From a bacterium (GTDB lineage: Bacteria > SZUA-182 > DTGQ01), in contig JBFMGO010000041.1 in NCBI GenBank assembly GCA_040752695.1, positions 1-41,705 of the forward strand: a stretch of DNA of 41,705 nucleotides, read 5' to 3'. A program made the position numbers and the translations under genes. Each line of letters starts with the position of its first letter. Within the stretch, counting starts at the first letter, position 1. Below, piece after piece: positions 9,711 through 18,747 of this stretch. The notes below the pieces were generated by a model. That model saw nothing but the letters and a program-made list of their open reading frames with translations, had not been told where the DNA came from and ran no database searches.

Positions 9711-9739
9711 TTTATACCATGGTTTTATTTTTCTGTCAA
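9711..9739 (-). promoter_or_regulatory. Sigma70 promoter for cytb-rnfC-rnfD
   Basis: Minus strand TTGACA-17 nt-TATAAA with extended -10 TG. Confidence 0.75.
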
Positions 9740-10005
9740 GGTAAAGTTTGAAAATTGTTAGTAAATATTAATTAATTGAAGTATAAGGGTTTTATAGGTG
9801 TTCAATATATAGAACGATATTTTAGACTGAAATTTTATTCTCTTTATACGGTGCGGTTTCCAAAATGGCCTTTGGTGTATCTTAAGGTAATCTATGAACG
9901 TGGAAAAGGTAATGCTCATTATGACCAGAATTTATATTGTTTTCAAAATATAATAAAAAATTTAATTAAATATGATATAACTTATCAAAAAATAACTATA
10001 ATTAT

Positions 10006-10035
10006 TTGACAATTATCATCTATTTATTATATCAT
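10006..10035 (+). promoter_or_regulatory. Possible sigma70 promoter for the lectin-cohesin-dockerin gene
   Basis: TTGACA-18 nt-TATCAT, but in very AT-rich DNA where chance matches are likely. Confidence 0.4.
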
Positions 10036-10357
10036 TATTATATATATAATACTTTTTTAGGGGTCAATCATTCTTTCCATATATTATCATGAGTAAGACA
10101 ATTCTATGATCTGCATCGAAATGATCAGGAATTTCTCTGATACTATCAGAGGTCCCCTTCCCCATCTCCACCAGGTATATTCTTAAAAGGCTGCCATAAA
10201 TGTAAAGATATTTACCCCCTGAAAATAGTATCGCTTTAAACTGTTTCATGGAGGTGATGCCTATAGTATTTTAATGAGTTGTATAGCATACACTGGGTAA
10301 AAACCAGACATGAATGTTTAACCAGAATTATTCACAGGCAATAAGGAGACCGTAAAG

Positions 10358-11737
10358 ATGTGGAAGCAAGGAGAAAAATGGGTAGTTGTCTTGAGCCTTG
10401 GAATTGTTCTTTCGCTTTTTTGGGTAATTGGTATTCGAAATACAGCACAAGCCAAATGGATCGATTGGGTATCTTTAGGCGGAGAAATGCAAGGCGATCC
10501 AGTGGCAATTTCTTTGTGGGAAAATCATGTTACTGTTTTCGCAGTAGGTATGGATAACGCTTTGTGGTGTAAAACATGGATGAATGATGCCTGGACCGAT
10601 TCGGAATCTCTCGGGGGTCAGATTGCTGGAACACCAGCCGTTGTTTCCTGGGGTCAGAATCATTGCTCTGTATTTGCAAGGGGTATCGATGGTGCCTTGT
10701 GGGTTAAGACAATACTTGATGGATCCTGGCGCGATTGGGTATCTTTAGGCGGAGAAATGCAAGGCGATCCAGTGGCAATTTCATTGTGGGAAAATCATAT
10801 TTCGGTATGCGCACGGGCTATGGATAATTCCTTGTGGTGCAGGGTATGGCAAAATGATGTTTTGTCCAATTGGGAACCTTTAGGGGGCAAAATTCTAGGA
10901 TCTCCATCTGCTATTTCTTTGTGGGAAAATCATATTACGGTATTCGCACGGGCTGTGGATAATGCCTTGTGGTGCAGGACGTGGCTTAATGATGTTTTGT
11001 CGGACTGGGAACCTCTGGGGGGTGAAATTCAAGGAACTCCAAGAGTTGTTTCTTGGGGACCGGATCATGCTTCTGTAGTGGCAAGAGGTATGGATAATGC
11101 TGTGTGGATTAAGACTTGGGTCGCAGATGTTCCGTGTTTACAGGATGATTCAGGTAACCTGGATATCGAAGAACATGAGGGAAGGATAGGTGATGAAATT
11201 GTGATTCCGGTAAGGATTCAAAGCGCCCCTGATAATGTGGCTACTCTTGGCTTTGAAGTTACCTATGATGCAAATGTTCTTGAATATATAGATTTTTACT
11301 TTGAGGAAAATAATCTGGCAACATCTTTGCAGTTTTTTGATGTTAATAAAATTGGTGATTCCGCCCGACTGATTATTGGAGGGTATACTGATGAAGCAGG
11401 TATTATAAAAGATGAAAGTGGCATTTTGGTAAACCTGAGGTTTAGAGTGATAGGTGGTGAGAAAGGCTGCTGTTATCCCTTGCAATTGGAAAATTTAAAA
11501 GATAACATAGCTCGTTTCACAAAAACAGACGGATCATTTACCATAATAGAGTGTAATGGAGACATGAATGAGGATGGTGCTATTACACCGGAGGATGCCC
11601 GGATAGTTTTCGAATGCTATCTTCAAAAAGGACCTTATACGGATTGTTGCGATGTAAACAGAGATGGAGAAGTCACGCCGGCCGATGCTCTTTGTGTTTT
11701 TCAAAAGTATTTAGGTAAGGATTCCTGTTTGGACTAG
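10358..11737 (+). CDS. Secreted protein: five 45-aa PLL/fucose-lectin-like beta-propeller repeats + cohesin + dockerin
   Basis: Signal peptide ending AQA; repeats of W-x-x-LGG...P...FARGxDNALW; cohesin-like GDEIVIPVRI...GFEVTYDANVLEY; paired Ca-loops GDMNEDGAITPED and DVNRDGEVTPAD. Confidence 0.85.
   Translation: MWKQGEKWVVVLSLGIVLSLFWVIGIRNTAQAKWIDWVSLGGEMQGDPVAISLWENHVTVFAVGMDNALWCKTWMNDAWTDSESLGGQIAGTPAVVSWGQNHCSVFARGIDGALWVKTILDGSWRDWVSLGGEMQGDPVAISLWENHISVCARAMDNSLWCRVWQNDVLSNWEPLGGKILGSPSAISLWENHITVFARAVDNALWCRTWLNDVLSDWEPLGGEIQGTPRVVSWGPDHASVVARGMDNAVWIKTWVADVPCLQDDSGNLDIEEHEGRIGDEIVIPVRIQSAPDNVATLGFEVTYDANVLEYIDFYFEENNLATSLQFFDVNKIGDSARLIIGGYTDEAGIIKDESGILVNLRFRVIGGEKGCCYPLQLENLKDNIARFTKTDGSFTIIECNGDMNEDGAITPEDARIVFECYLQKGPYTDCCDVNRDGEVTPADALCVFQKYLGKDSCLD
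10462..10798 (+). repeat. Intragenic repeat: 67-bp near-identical copies 270 bp apart
   Basis: 10462-10528 vs 10732-10798 differ at one position; part of a 135-bp period repeat array. Confidence 0.9.
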
Positions 11738-11814
11738 GCGACTGATCGTGGAAAAAGAAAATGACAGGCGGGATAGTTTTACCCGATCTTGACATCTTGT
11801 TCTGTCTATCATAC

Positions 11815-11855
11815 TTGAAGAGTGGCGGGGTGGAAAAAACCCCGCCACTCTTCAA
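11815..11855. terminator. Perfect 17-bp stem hairpin between convergent genes, probably a bidirectional terminator
   Basis: TTGAAGAGTGGCGGGGT-GGAAAAA-ACCCCGCCACTCTTCAA. Confidence 0.75.
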
Positions 11856-11893
11856 CGTCAGCCATTTTGGATCGGGTTCTTACTATACTTACA

Positions 11894-12670
11894 TCACTCC
11901 ATGGTGGCGGAAAGCGCGCCCTGAACGATAGCGGTAAAAGAATCCGCCTTCAGGCTGGCTCCGCCGACAAGAGCGCCATCGATATCGGTCTCCTCCATGA
12001 GACCGGCGATATTGTCAGGCTTGACGCTTCCGCCGTATTGGATACGCATATCGTCGGCGGCCTCGGTCCCGTAGAGGCGAAATATCAGATCCCGAATAAA
12101 GGCATGCACTTCGTTCGCCTGTTCAGGGGTGGCTGTTTTTCCCGTCCCGATGGCCCAGACCGGCTCATAGGCAATGATAACCTTTTGTAATTGAGCAGTG
12201 CTGATATCAGTGAAGCACTTGCGGACCTGGTTATCCACGATATGAAAAGTTTCTCCTCTCTCTCGTTCCTTAAGGGATTCACCGACGCACACGATGGGAT
12301 AGAGCCCTGCGAGCAAGGCAGCTTTGAGCTTTTTGTTTACCGTTTCATCGGTTTCTCCGAAGTACTGCCGTCTTTCAGAGTGGCCGATGATGGTGTACTG
12401 GCAGCCTGCATCCTTGAGCATGGAAGGGGAAATCTCTCCCGTATAGGCTCCTTCTTCCTCCCAGAATACATCCTGGCCGCTCAAACCTATCCAGTGGTCT
12501 TTCAGTACCTGAAAGACCGCGTACAGACTGGTGTATACCGGTGCCACCACGATATCGATATGCGAAGGGGAGACCTCAGCCAGGGATTTTTTGAGCCTGG
12601 ACACCAGATCTACGGATTCGGCCACAGTCTTATACATTTTCCAATTTCCGGCAATAATAGGTTTCCTCAT
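11894..12670 (-). CDS. tpiA: Triosephosphate isomerase
   Basis: AGNWKM, IIGHSERR, AYEPVWAIGTG, YGGSVKP, LVGGASL. Confidence 0.99.
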   Translation of the reverse strand: MRKPIIAGNWKMYKTVAESVDLVSRLKKSLAEVSPSHIDIVVAPVYTSLYAVFQVLKDHWIGLSGQDVFWEEEGAYTGEISPSMLKDAGCQYTIIGHSERRQYFGETDETVNKKLKAALLAGLYPIVCVGESLKERERGETFHIVDNQVRKCFTDISTAQLQKVIIAYEPVWAIGTGKTATPEQANEVHAFIRDLIFRLYGTEAADDMRIQYGGSVKPDNIAGLMEETDIDGALVGGASLKADSFTAIVQGALSATME

Positions 12671-12729
12671 TGATTCTCCTCGATTCTCCTTATGCCTTAA
12701 AACTTCATGCCCGAAGGTCTTGCGGTCGA

Positions 12730-13923
12730 TTAGCTTTCTCTGGTGGACAAAACAGCGATGCCAGGCAGTTCCTTTCCTTCGAGCAGTTCCAGGAATGCCC
12801 CGCCTCCGGTGGAGATATAAGAGATCTTGTAGGTCTCACCGACGCGATGGACAGCTACATCCGTATCGCCGCCGCCGACGATAGTCATGGCATAGGAATT
12901 GGCTATCGTGTTGACCATGGCAAAGGTTCCCCGGCTGAAGGCATCGATTTCAAAAACGCCCATAGGACCGTTCCAGACAATGGTCTTGGCGTTTTCAAGT
13001 GCCTCGGCAAAGAGGGTAGTTGATGCAGGGCCGATGTCAAGACCCATCCAGTTGGCAGGTATCTCCTGAACCGGAACGACCTTGGTGACTGCACGTGGAT
13101 CGACCTCTTCGGCAATGACCACGTCAATCGGCAAATAGAGCCGAACGCCTGCACTCTTGGCCGATTTCAGGATATCCATGGCCATTTCGAGCATATTCTC
13201 TTCGACCATGGATCTGCCGACCTCGTGTCCGATAGCCTTCAGGAAAGTAAAGGCCATTCCACCGCCAATGAGGATCTTATCAACCTTATTGACGATGTTC
13301 TTTAGGGCCTGGATCTTGCCGGACACTTTCGCTCCGCCGAAAACAGCGGCCAGAGGACGGACAGGGTTCTCCATGGCATTTTCAAAGTACATGATCTCTT
13401 TCTTCATCAGAAAGCCCCCGACGCAAGGGGAGATAAATCTGCTCAGCCCGACATTGGAGGCATGTTTCCTGTGGGCGGTGGCAAAAGCGTCATTGACGAA
13501 TACTTCTCCCAGCTCAGCGAGCTTGCGGGCGAAGTTTTCATCGTTTTTTTCCTCTTCAAGGTAGAAGCGCAGGTTTTCCAACAGGATCACATCCCCGCTT
13601 TGCATGGTCATAACAGCGTTTTTGACCTCATCGCCAACGCAGTCATGTAAAAAGAGCACATCCTTTTGCAGCAGTCTTTGCAGCCTCTTAGCTACAATAG
13701 ACAGGCTCAGGCTGGGATCCCGCTTTCCTTTTGGCCTGCCCATATGTGACATCAGAATGACCTTGGCTCCCTCATCCAGCAAATAATTGATCGTGGGCAA
13801 TACGGAACGGATTCGGGTGTCATCGCTGATTTCACCCAGGTTGTCAAGAGGGACATTGAAGTCTGCACGGACCAGAACTCTCTTTCCTTTGACATCGATT
13901 TCATCAACGAATAATTTGTTCAT
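12730..13923 (-). CDS. pgk: Phosphoglycerate kinase
   Basis: RADFNVPL, SHMGRP, LLENLRF, GGAKVSGK, WNGPMGVFE, STGGGAFLE. Confidence 0.99.
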   Translation of the reverse strand: MNKLFVDEIDVKGKRVLVRADFNVPLDNLGEISDDTRIRSVLPTINYLLDEGAKVILMSHMGRPKGKRDPSLSLSIVAKRLQRLLQKDVLFLHDCVGDEVKNAVMTMQSGDVILLENLRFYLEEEKNDENFARKLAELGEVFVNDAFATAHRKHASNVGLSRFISPCVGGFLMKKEIMYFENAMENPVRPLAAVFGGAKVSGKIQALKNIVNKVDKILIGGGMAFTFLKAIGHEVGRSMVEENMLEMAMDILKSAKSAGVRLYLPIDVVIAEEVDPRAVTKVVPVQEIPANWMGLDIGPASTTLFAEALENAKTIVWNGPMGVFEIDAFSRGTFAMVNTIANSYAMTIVGGGDTDVAVHRVGETYKISYISTGGGAFLELLEGKELPGIAVLSTRES

Positions 13924-13954
13924 ATTGAAAAGCCCTCCCTGAAGACCTTTAGGC

Positions 13955-14962
13955 TTATAATCCTTTTTGGGCGATAAAAAGAATTAAATCCACCACTCTC
14001 GATGAATAGCCCCACTCATTATCGTACCAGGCAAGTACTTTGACCATGGTGTCTTCCATAACTTTCGTAAAGGGCAGGTCTACGATGGAGGAAAGCGAGT
14101 TGCCCTGAAAATCGATGGATACCAAAGGCACCTCATTCACTCCAAGAATTCCCTTCATTTCTCCTTCAGCCATCTCTTTGAAGCTTGCGTTTACCTGCTC
14201 GGCCGTGACTTTCGTCTCAAGCTCGGCTACCAGGTCAACCACCGAGACATTCGGAGTGGGCACCCGCATGGCAAAGCCATCGAGTTTTCCTTTCAGTGAA
14301 GGCAGAACCAGCCCGACGGCCTTGGCTGCTCCGGTAGTCGTGGGAATCATGGAAAGAGCTGCGGCCCTGGCTCTCCTTAAGTCTTTGTGGGGGAGGTCGA
14401 GGATTCTCTGGTCATTCGTGTAGGAATGTACGGTAGTCATGATCCCTTTTTTGAAGCCGAATCTGTCTGCCAGAACCTTGGCAACAGGAGCAAGACAATT
14501 GGTAGTGCACGAAGCGTTCGATACGATTCTGTGACTCTCCGGGCGGTACATATTATCGTTCACCCCAAGGACAATAGTCACATCTGGGTCCTTGGCCGGT
14601 GCCGTGATAATGACCCTTTTGGCACCTGCCTCAAGGTGCTTGCCCGCTTTTTCCCGGTCAAGGAAAAGTCCCGTCGATTCCACGGTCAGGCCGACACCAA
14701 GTTCTTTCCACGGCAGCCTGGCCGGATCTCTTTCGGCGAGTACTCTGATTTCTTTGCCATTTACAACTAGCGCACCCTCTTTGGACTCAATCTGTGCATC
14801 GAGTGTTCCGAGGACCGAATCATATTTCAATAAATGGGCCAGAGTCTTGGCATCCGTAATGTCGTTTACTGCCACAATGTCGATTCCCGGGTTTCCCAGG
14901 CTGGCGCGAAAGATATTCCTGCCGATTCTTCCAAATCCATTGATACCTACTCTTACGGACAT
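13955..14962 (-). CDS. gap: Type I glyceraldehyde-3-phosphate dehydrogenase
   Basis: [31 protein letters not shown]. Confidence 0.99.
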   Translation of the reverse strand: MSVRVGINGFGRIGRNIFRASLGNPGIDIVAVNDITDAKTLAHLLKYDSVLGTLDAQIESKEGALVVNGKEIRVLAERDPARLPWKELGVGLTVESTGLFLDREKAGKHLEAGAKRVIITAPAKDPDVTIVLGVNDNMYRPESHRIVSNASCTTNCLAPVAKVLADRFGFKKGIMTTVHSYTNDQRILDLPHKDLRRARAAALSMIPTTTGAAKAVGLVLPSLKGKLDGFAMRVPTPNVSVVDLVAELETKVTAEQVNASFKEMAEGEMKGILGVNEVPLVSIDFQGNSLSSIVDLPFTKVMEDTMVKVLAWYDNEWGYSSRVVDLILFIAQKGL

Positions 14963-15074
14963 TTTACATCCCCCTCATTTAAGGTTAAGGATTCATTTTT
15001 CCGCTCTTTTTTAAGGAAAGCAAAGAGCACCCTTCAGTTCTTTATCCAAACACCAACGAGCGCAAGATGACACA

Positions 15075-15881
15075 TCATGAGTTTACGAGGCGGCCATCGG
15101 CACCTAATACGCTTCTGGCCAGCGTTAAAACGCGGACTTCTTCCGCTGCCCCACACTGCATGAGAATCCTGCTGCACTCCGTGGCGGTAGCGCCGGTCGT
15201 AAATACGTCATCCACCAAAAGGATCTTTTTGCCCGGCGTCCTGTGGCCTTCTCTCATTCCGAAAGCGTCATGGATATTCTGCCATCTTTCCTGTCGGGAT
15301 AATTTCATCTGGGGAGCTACTTCCCTAATTCTCCTGAGGGCAAAGGGATAGACAGGAACTTTGAGAAATTTTCCGATCGCTCGAGCCAGAATAAAAGACT
15401 GGTTGAACTCTCGATGCCGCAGCTTTTTTACCCCGATCGGCACAGGAACAATGCATTCTACTCCAGGAAGATCGGGATCTTGCTCCCAGTGGGCCACCAT
15501 GGACCGGCCTAAAAATTCCCCGATGCGAACCTTCCCCTGATATTTGAAGGAATGAATCAGATGGCGGATGGTTCCCTCATAGGAGAAAATCGATCTGGCC
15601 TGAGAGAAGGCCGGGGGATTCTCCCGGCACAGGTCACAGGTTTTCGTACCGGATACCGCCTGGTTCACGTTACCGGCAAAGGGTGATCCGCACCGTGAGC
15701 AGATCGGTTTTGCGATCAGGCGCACATCCCCCCAGCAGGAGGCACAGACAGGCCGCAGCGTTCGCCATCCAAGCTGCACTCTGCAAATGGAGCAGTGTGC
15801 AGGGAAAAGCATCTCCAGGCAAAAATCACGTACAGGTGTGAGGTGACTTTTGGGCCGTGCTTCGGCCTGATCAAGCGCCAT
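15075..15881 (-). CDS. comF: ComF family protein (double zinc ribbon + PRTase domain)
   Basis: Four CxxC pairs, REFNQS, LLVDDVFTTGAT. Confidence 0.93.
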   Translation of the reverse strand: MALDQAEARPKSHLTPVRDFCLEMLFPAHCSICRVQLGWRTLRPVCASCWGDVRLIAKPICSRCGSPFAGNVNQAVSGTKTCDLCRENPPAFSQARSIFSYEGTIRHLIHSFKYQGKVRIGEFLGRSMVAHWEQDPDLPGVECIVPVPIGVKKLRHREFNQSFILARAIGKFLKVPVYPFALRRIREVAPQMKLSRQERWQNIHDAFGMREGHRTPGKKILLVDDVFTTGATATECSRILMQCGAAEEVRVLTLARSVLGADGRLVNS

Positions 15882-15887
15882 ACCGGA

Positions 15888-17090
15888 TCAAGCACCGTAT
15901 TTATTCAGTCTTAAGGCATTGGCCATCATCAGCGGCATCAGATTTACCGAAGGAAACCGTCCCAGTCCTCCGTACAGACATTCTGATTCGGAAAAAGCCT
16001 TTACTTTATCCGGCCGGCAATACTTCGAGTAGAGCAACACAGGATTAGGGTGCCAACTGTGGGCCTTGAGCACGGAAGGAGTCGAATGGTCTCCGGTCAC
16101 GACCACAACGTCCGGATGCAAATTCAATAAGGTGGGGAAGCACCGATCCGCTTCTTCGATGATTTTTACTTTCCCCTCAAAATTACCATCCTCTCCCATG
16201 CTGTCGGTCTTTTTGATGTGCAGGAAGAAAAAATCATAATCATGATAGTGTTGGGCCAGGGTATCAAATTCAGACTGAATGGTATCTCCGGTGGACAGAA
16301 CGGTCATGCCTAGAAGGCGTCCCACTCCACGGTACATGGGGTAGTTGGCAATAGCCGCTGCATTCAGGCGATACCGTTCCAAATAACTGGGCAGGGCCTC
16401 GTACTGGTCGAAGCCCCGCAGGAGGATCATGTTCGCCCGCTCCTCACGGGAGAGGATCTCCTGGGCCTGGCCCACGAACTGATTGGCGATATCGGCCATG
16501 TGCCGGGCATCTTCAGAAAGGGGCTGCACCTTGAGAGGTGGGACGCCAAGCTTTTGCGGGTCCGTGTCGCTCAGGCGTCCGGACAGTCCACTGCCCCTGA
16601 AGACGATAGCTGCCCTGTGCTCTTTCTCGGTCCGGATGAAAATTTCGACTCCCTCGATTTTAATCTGGGAGAGCCGTCCGCACAGCTCCCGGTTCTTTTC
16701 GGTTGAAATTCTGCCAGCTCTTCGGTCAATCACATTTCCGTGAGCATCGACTTGAGCAAAATTTGCGCGGGCCGCCACATCGCTGTGCTGCAAAGCGAAG
16801 TCAACCCCTAAGGCGGACAATATCCCCCGGCCGATTTCGTACTCGACGGGATCATACCCGAAGAGCGAAAGGTGAGCCGGGCCGCTTCCGGGTGTTATGC
16901 CCATGGAAACAGGGTCTGCCAGACCACAGGAAGACTGGACAGCCAAAGCGTCAAGATTGGGCGTATGCGCTGTTTCAAGCTCTGTCTTTTCCCCCGGATT
17001 TCGGGGTAACCCTCCCAGGCCATCGAAAACGATTAACACTATTTTGGAATTTGACGTGATAGCTAACCCCTGGACGAGATCCTTCTTCAT
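15888..17090 (-). CDS. apgM: 2,3-BPG-independent phosphoglycerate mutase, ApgM (archaeal-type) family
   Basis: DGLGG, TPGSGPAHLSLFGYDP, DRRAGRI, TGDHSTP, HSWHP. Confidence 0.93.
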   Translation of the reverse strand: MKKDLVQGLAITSNSKIVLIVFDGLGGLPRNPGEKTELETAHTPNLDALAVQSSCGLADPVSMGITPGSGPAHLSLFGYDPVEYEIGRGILSALGVDFALQHSDVAARANFAQVDAHGNVIDRRAGRISTEKNRELCGRLSQIKIEGVEIFIRTEKEHRAAIVFRGSGLSGRLSDTDPQKLGVPPLKVQPLSEDARHMADIANQFVGQAQEILSREERANMILLRGFDQYEALPSYLERYRLNAAAIANYPMYRGVGRLLGMTVLSTGDTIQSEFDTLAQHYHDYDFFFLHIKKTDSMGEDGNFEGKVKIIEEADRCFPTLLNLHPDVVVVTGDHSTPSVLKAHSWHPNPVLLYSKYCRPDKVKAFSESECLYGGLGRFPSVNLMPLMMANALRLNKYGA

Positions 17091-17142
17091 ACTCTCAATA
17101 TCCCCTTTCCTTGATCCTTTTTTATGAGCTGGTCATGCAAGG

Positions 17143-17577
17143 TTATTTATGATAGGGATGCCCTTGCAGGATGGTAAAGGCCCGATAAATCTGCTCTAAC
17201 AGAAGGAGGCGAATCATTTGATGGGTAAAAGTACAGCGTGACAGGGAGATTGAGAGGTCTGCCACCTCTTTCACTGGCAGAGGAAATCCGGAATGTCCAC
17301 CAATCAGAAAATCAATTTCGGGACATCCTTGATTCATTTTTTCCTGGATGAGAGCAGCAAACTGTTCCGAACTGAGCTCCTTACCCCCAACATCGAGTAG
17401 AATTTTATATCCCCTGGTAACCTTCTTAATCTTTTCGGCAAGATCCCTACTTTTCTCCGGTTTTAATTCGAAAAATTTTACATCGGCATAAAAAGATACC
17501 CTTTTCAGGAACTTTTGAATTCCTTCTCTCAGATAGCTTTCCTCGGTTTTGCCGATACAAATGATATTGATTTTCAT
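17143..17577 (-). CDS. rlmH: 23S rRNA pseudouridine-1915 N3-methyltransferase
   Basis: FLIGG, TFTHQMIRLLLLEQIYRAFTI.GHPYHK; ATG at 17577 preferred over 17619. Confidence 0.95.
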   Translation of the reverse strand: MKINIICIGKTEESYLREGIQKFLKRVSFYADVKFFELKPEKSRDLAEKIKKVTRGYKILLDVGGKELSSEQFAALIQEKMNQGCPEIDFLIGGHSGFPLPVKEVADLSISLSRCTFTHQMIRLLLLEQIYRAFTILQGHPYHK

Positions 17578-17658
17578 AAGAAAATAAAGAAAATTACCAC
17601 AAGATACTGAAGAAAACATGGCGAAAAGAGACCGGGAGAGGTATTTTCCCCTTATGCC

Positions 17659-18051
17659 CTAGGAGCTTTCTTTTTTCTCTTGGTAATTTTCTGGAACGCT
17701 TGCAGACAGGTCGAGTCTTTTGGCATCTCCCCACAAACGCTCAAGGTCATAATATTCTCTCTTTTCTTCGGTAAAGATGTGAATGACGATATCTCCGTAA
17801 TCCAATAAAATCCATGTCGATTCGAGGTACCCTTCCTTATGGTCAAGTTTGACGCCATCGTGTCGTAATGCTTCTTCGACAGCGTCAGCAATAGCCCTCA
17901 CATGCCTGTCCGTTGTTCCAGTGCAAATGAGAAAAAAATCGGCCATGTCGGAAATACCCCGCAAATCAAAGGCAACGAGGTCGAAGGCTTTTTTTTCGAG
18001 TGCAGCCCGGCTCCCCGTCAGTACCTTTGCTTCAGCACTGGGATGGTGCAT
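17659..18051 (-). CDS. rsfS: Ribosome silencing factor
   Basis: KKAFD, DFFLICTG, WILLDYGDIVIHIF, REYYDLERLW; nadD-rsfS-rlmH order. Confidence 0.96.
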   Translation of the reverse strand: MHHPSAEAKVLTGSRAALEKKAFDLVAFDLRGISDMADFFLICTGTTDRHVRAIADAVEEALRHDGVKLDHKEGYLESTWILLDYGDIVIHIFTEEKREYYDLERLWGDAKRLDLSASVPENYQEKKESS

Positions 18052-18057
18052 AAACTA

Positions 18058-18732
18058 TTACTCTCCTCTTGAATACAGGCCATGCTTTTTTATGTATTCC
18101 TCCACGGACGGAGGGACCAGATAGCGTAAAGATCCTCCTAAAAGAGCCCGGTTTCTGACCATGGTGGAAGAAATATCGATACCGGGAACCTCAACGAAAA
18201 AAAAGTCTTCTTCCTGTTCCACGAAAGGGGTTGCTCCCTGGGTCATCCTGCAAAGAGCGAACCGTAACCCCTGGTGACGGTTCAATAAGATCTTCGGTAA
18301 ATCCGCCACCGCATCCTGCAAATTCAGCCCCGGCCTGCTGGTGATGATTAATTTACAGGATGCAAGGAGCTCATCGAAGTTTTTCCAGGTAGAGATTTCC
18401 CAAAAGGCATCTAATCCCAACAAAAAGTAAATCTGTGCCTCTGGTCCGAAATGCCGCTGAAAGTACTGAACCGTTTCGATGGAGTAGGATTTCCCCCCTC
18501 GGTCTATTTCGACCGAAGAAGCGAAGAAGGAGGGATTGGACACCGTAGCCAGAGTCACCATCAGGAACCGGTCGAGGGGTGAGGCAACCTGCTTGGGAGC
18601 CTTGTGGGGAGGCAGGGCAGAAGGGACGAAATAGATCCGATCCAGCGAGAATCGCTGCCGTATTTCTTCAGCAATGGTCAAGTGGCCGAAATGAACAGGA
18701 TTGAAGGTTCCGCCATAGAGGGCAAATCTCAC
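18058..18732 (-). CDS. nadD: Nicotinate-nucleotide adenylyltransferase
   Basis: GGTFNPVHFGH, PPHK, ISSTMVR. Confidence 0.97.
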   Translation of the reverse strand: MRFALYGGTFNPVHFGHLTIAEEIRQRFSLDRIYFVPSALPPHKAPKQVASPLDRFLMVTLATVSNPSFFASSVEIDRGGKSYSIETVQYFQRHFGPEAQIYFLLGLDAFWEISTWKNFDELLASCKLIITSRPGLNLQDAVADLPKILLNRHQGLRFALCRMTQGATPFVEQEEDFFFVEVPGIDISSTMVRNRALLGGSLRYLVPPSVEEYIKKHGLYSRGE

Positions 18733-18747
18733 GGGGCATTTCCCCTC

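Noticed and set aside
9776..10249. Small ORFs 9776..10009 (+) and 10064..10249 (-)
   Set aside because: AT-rich promoter region with no convincing SD or motif; probably spurious
11815..11855. Inverted repeat as a MITE or IS end
   Set aside because: Single copy in the window, no target duplication or transposase; its position between convergent genes fits a terminator
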